A stretch of DNA of 50,265 nt, taken from an uncultured delta proteobacterium. GTDB taxonomy: Bacteria > Myxococcota_A > UBA9160 > UBA4427. The stretch lies in assembly GCA_963822965.1 (NCBI GenBank), contig CAWGJT010000004.1, positions 1-50,265 of the forward strand, given 5' to 3'. Positions 49,127 through 50,265 of the stretch are shown piece by piece. Under the pieces are notes generated by a model, which was given only the letters and a program-made list of their open reading frames with translations, made no database searches and was not told the origin of the DNA. The stretch's first letter is position 1. The number at the start of each line of letters is the position of its first letter. A program made the position numbers and the translations under genes.

Positions 49127-49726
49127 GGGGGCCGCGCCGCCGGCCGTCGCGGCTTCCGCTTGCCGGACGTCTTCGACCAGGTGGTCGAGCATGCGCGCCA
49201 GGGCGCGCGAGAGCGCCGCGACCGTCGCTTCGGGGGTGGCGCCCTCCGCCGGCTCACTCTCCTGGTAGCCGCGCTCCAGCACCAGCACGCCGCCGCGGTG
49301 CACGTCGAAGTCGATCGCGAGGACGCCGCTGCGGCCGCCGGGCTCGGCCCGCTCTTCCAGCACCCGCACCGCTCCCGAGATCGTGAGCGGCGCTTCGTCC
49401 GCCTCGTTCGGGGCGGCCGCCCGGCCCAGGTAGTCCCGCACCGCCCCCGTCACTGCGTCCTGCGGCGTCCCCGCCCAGCGGTGGAAGGTGTAGTACTCCA
49501 GGCGATAGGGGGAGCCCCGGTGCGCGAGCCGCACGGGCGAATAGGCGGCGTCGACCTCGAAGCGTTCGACCCGGGCGGGACCGGGCAGTCTGGCGCTGGG
49601 CTCTCCCGGAGGCGCCAGCGTGTAGTAGACCATCGCCGGCATCGAGCGCGGGGACAGACAGCCGGCGGCTCCGCCGACGAGGGCGCAGGCGACGAGGGTG
49701 ATCCTGAGCGCTCGGCGGCGGGTCAT
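49079..49726 (-). CDS. ABC-type transport auxiliary lipoprotein (PqiC-like)
   Basis: Lipobox AAGC; YYTL; LEYYTFHRWAGTP; VAALSRAL. It follows the MlaD-like gene with a 4-nt overlap. Confidence 0.75.
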   Translation of the reverse strand: MTRRRALRITLVACALVGGAAGCLSPRSMPAMVYYTLAPPGEPSARLPGPARVERFEVDAAYSPVRLAHRGSPYRLEYYTFHRWAGTPQDAVTGAVRDYLGRAAAPNEADEAPLTISGAVRVLEERAEPGGRSGVLAIDFDVHRGGVLVLERGYQESEPAEGATPEATVAALSRALARMLDHLVEDVRQAEAATAGGAAPSADRAGPVAIHREGV

Positions 49727-50265
49727 CGTTCGAACTCCCGTTGCGGAATCTCGCGGCCGCGCAGCAGCACCGAGGGATCCGCCTCGATCAGGTCCAGGGT
49801 CTCCTGCAGCCGGGCCGTGGCCCGGCTCAGGTCCTCGAGCAGGGTGGCGGTCTCGCCTCCGGAGCCGAACTCCTCGCGGGTGCGCTTCAGCACGGCCCGA
49901 CCGTCGGCGATGGCCGCGTCGAGCTCCCGGGTGGTGGAGCGGAGCGACGCGTACAGGTCCTCCCGCCGGCTGTTCCAGTCGCTGAAGGTCTCGTCGACGG
50001 AGTCGGCGGCCCGGGTCATACGGTCGACCATGTGCGCGACGTCGGCCTGCTCGTCCTCGCCCGCAAAGGCGTCGACGGCCTCGCTCAGGCGGTTCGCGGT
50101 GTCCGACAGATCGGCCAACATCTGGCTCGCGCGCTCGGTGTTCTCCTTCGTGAGGACGTCCTCGTCGAAGCGCGTGAGAATGCGAATGGTCAGGTCGGCG
50201 ATGCGCGCCAGGCGGTCCCGGAAGTCTACCAGGGACTGCACGCTTCCCGGGATGACCCCGCCCTG
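49723..50265 (-). CDS. MlaD/MCE family protein, C-terminal helical part (5' end outside the window)
   Basis: Coiled-coil-like helices ending LDLIEADPSVLLRG, the typical MlaD/PqiB C-terminus, directly upstream of a PqiC-like gene. Confidence 0.7.
   Translation of the reverse strand, partial: QGGVIPGSVQSLVDFRDRLARIADLTIRILTRFDEDVLTKENTERASQMLADLSDTANRLSEAVDAFAGEDEQADVAHMVDRMTRAADSVDETFSDWNSRREDLYASLRSTTRELDAAIADGRAVLKRTREEFGSGGETATLLEDLSRATARLQETLDLIEADPSVLLRGREIPQREFER

Noticed and set aside
44942..49386. Very long alternative-frame ORFs (e.g. 1156 aa and 933 aa) and similar ones throughout the window
   Set aside because: These are Arg/Pro/Gly-rich shadow ORFs expected in high-GC DNA, overlapping well-supported genes.

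Overview
This is a very GC-rich bacterial chromosomal window from a diderm organism (MlaD/PqiC, EmrA and a CcmI-like lipoprotein are present). A Myxococcota/deltaproteobacteria-like lineage is plausible but is only inference. It holds about 47 genes, mostly housekeeping or metabolic: cofG/cofH, a non-canonical dnaA paralogue, thiC with a TPP riboswitch, aroC, hisD, a CorC-type protein, a diadenylate cyclase-YbbR fusion, mgtE, an ATP-grasp/7TM-inactive-transglutaminase/peptidase cluster, an orphan PTS enzyme I, TetR-EmrA/EmrB, pyrE, AlkB, LysR/pirin, and an AmrB-AmrA fusion. Many genes in the first ~21 kb carry small frameshifts and none were seen after that, which most likely reflects long-read indel errors. 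I found no rRNA, tRNA, CRISPR array, transposase or integrase. Most notable: (1) a 3.7-8.1 kb block with a DnaA paralogue lacking the arginine finger and with an altered recognition helix, a stand-alone LON N-domain protein, a WLM/YgjP-type zinc protease ending in a perfect beta-clamp-binding motif (QLDLF), a small acidic protein and a candidate rod-shaped ncRNA; (2) a roughly double-sized TPP riboswitch with atypical P3 and P5; (3) a class II aaRS-like orphan coupled to a gamma-glutamylcyclotransferase; (4) a c-di-AMP/Mg2+/glutamate-ligase gene run. All calls come from motif recognition by eye, with no database searches.
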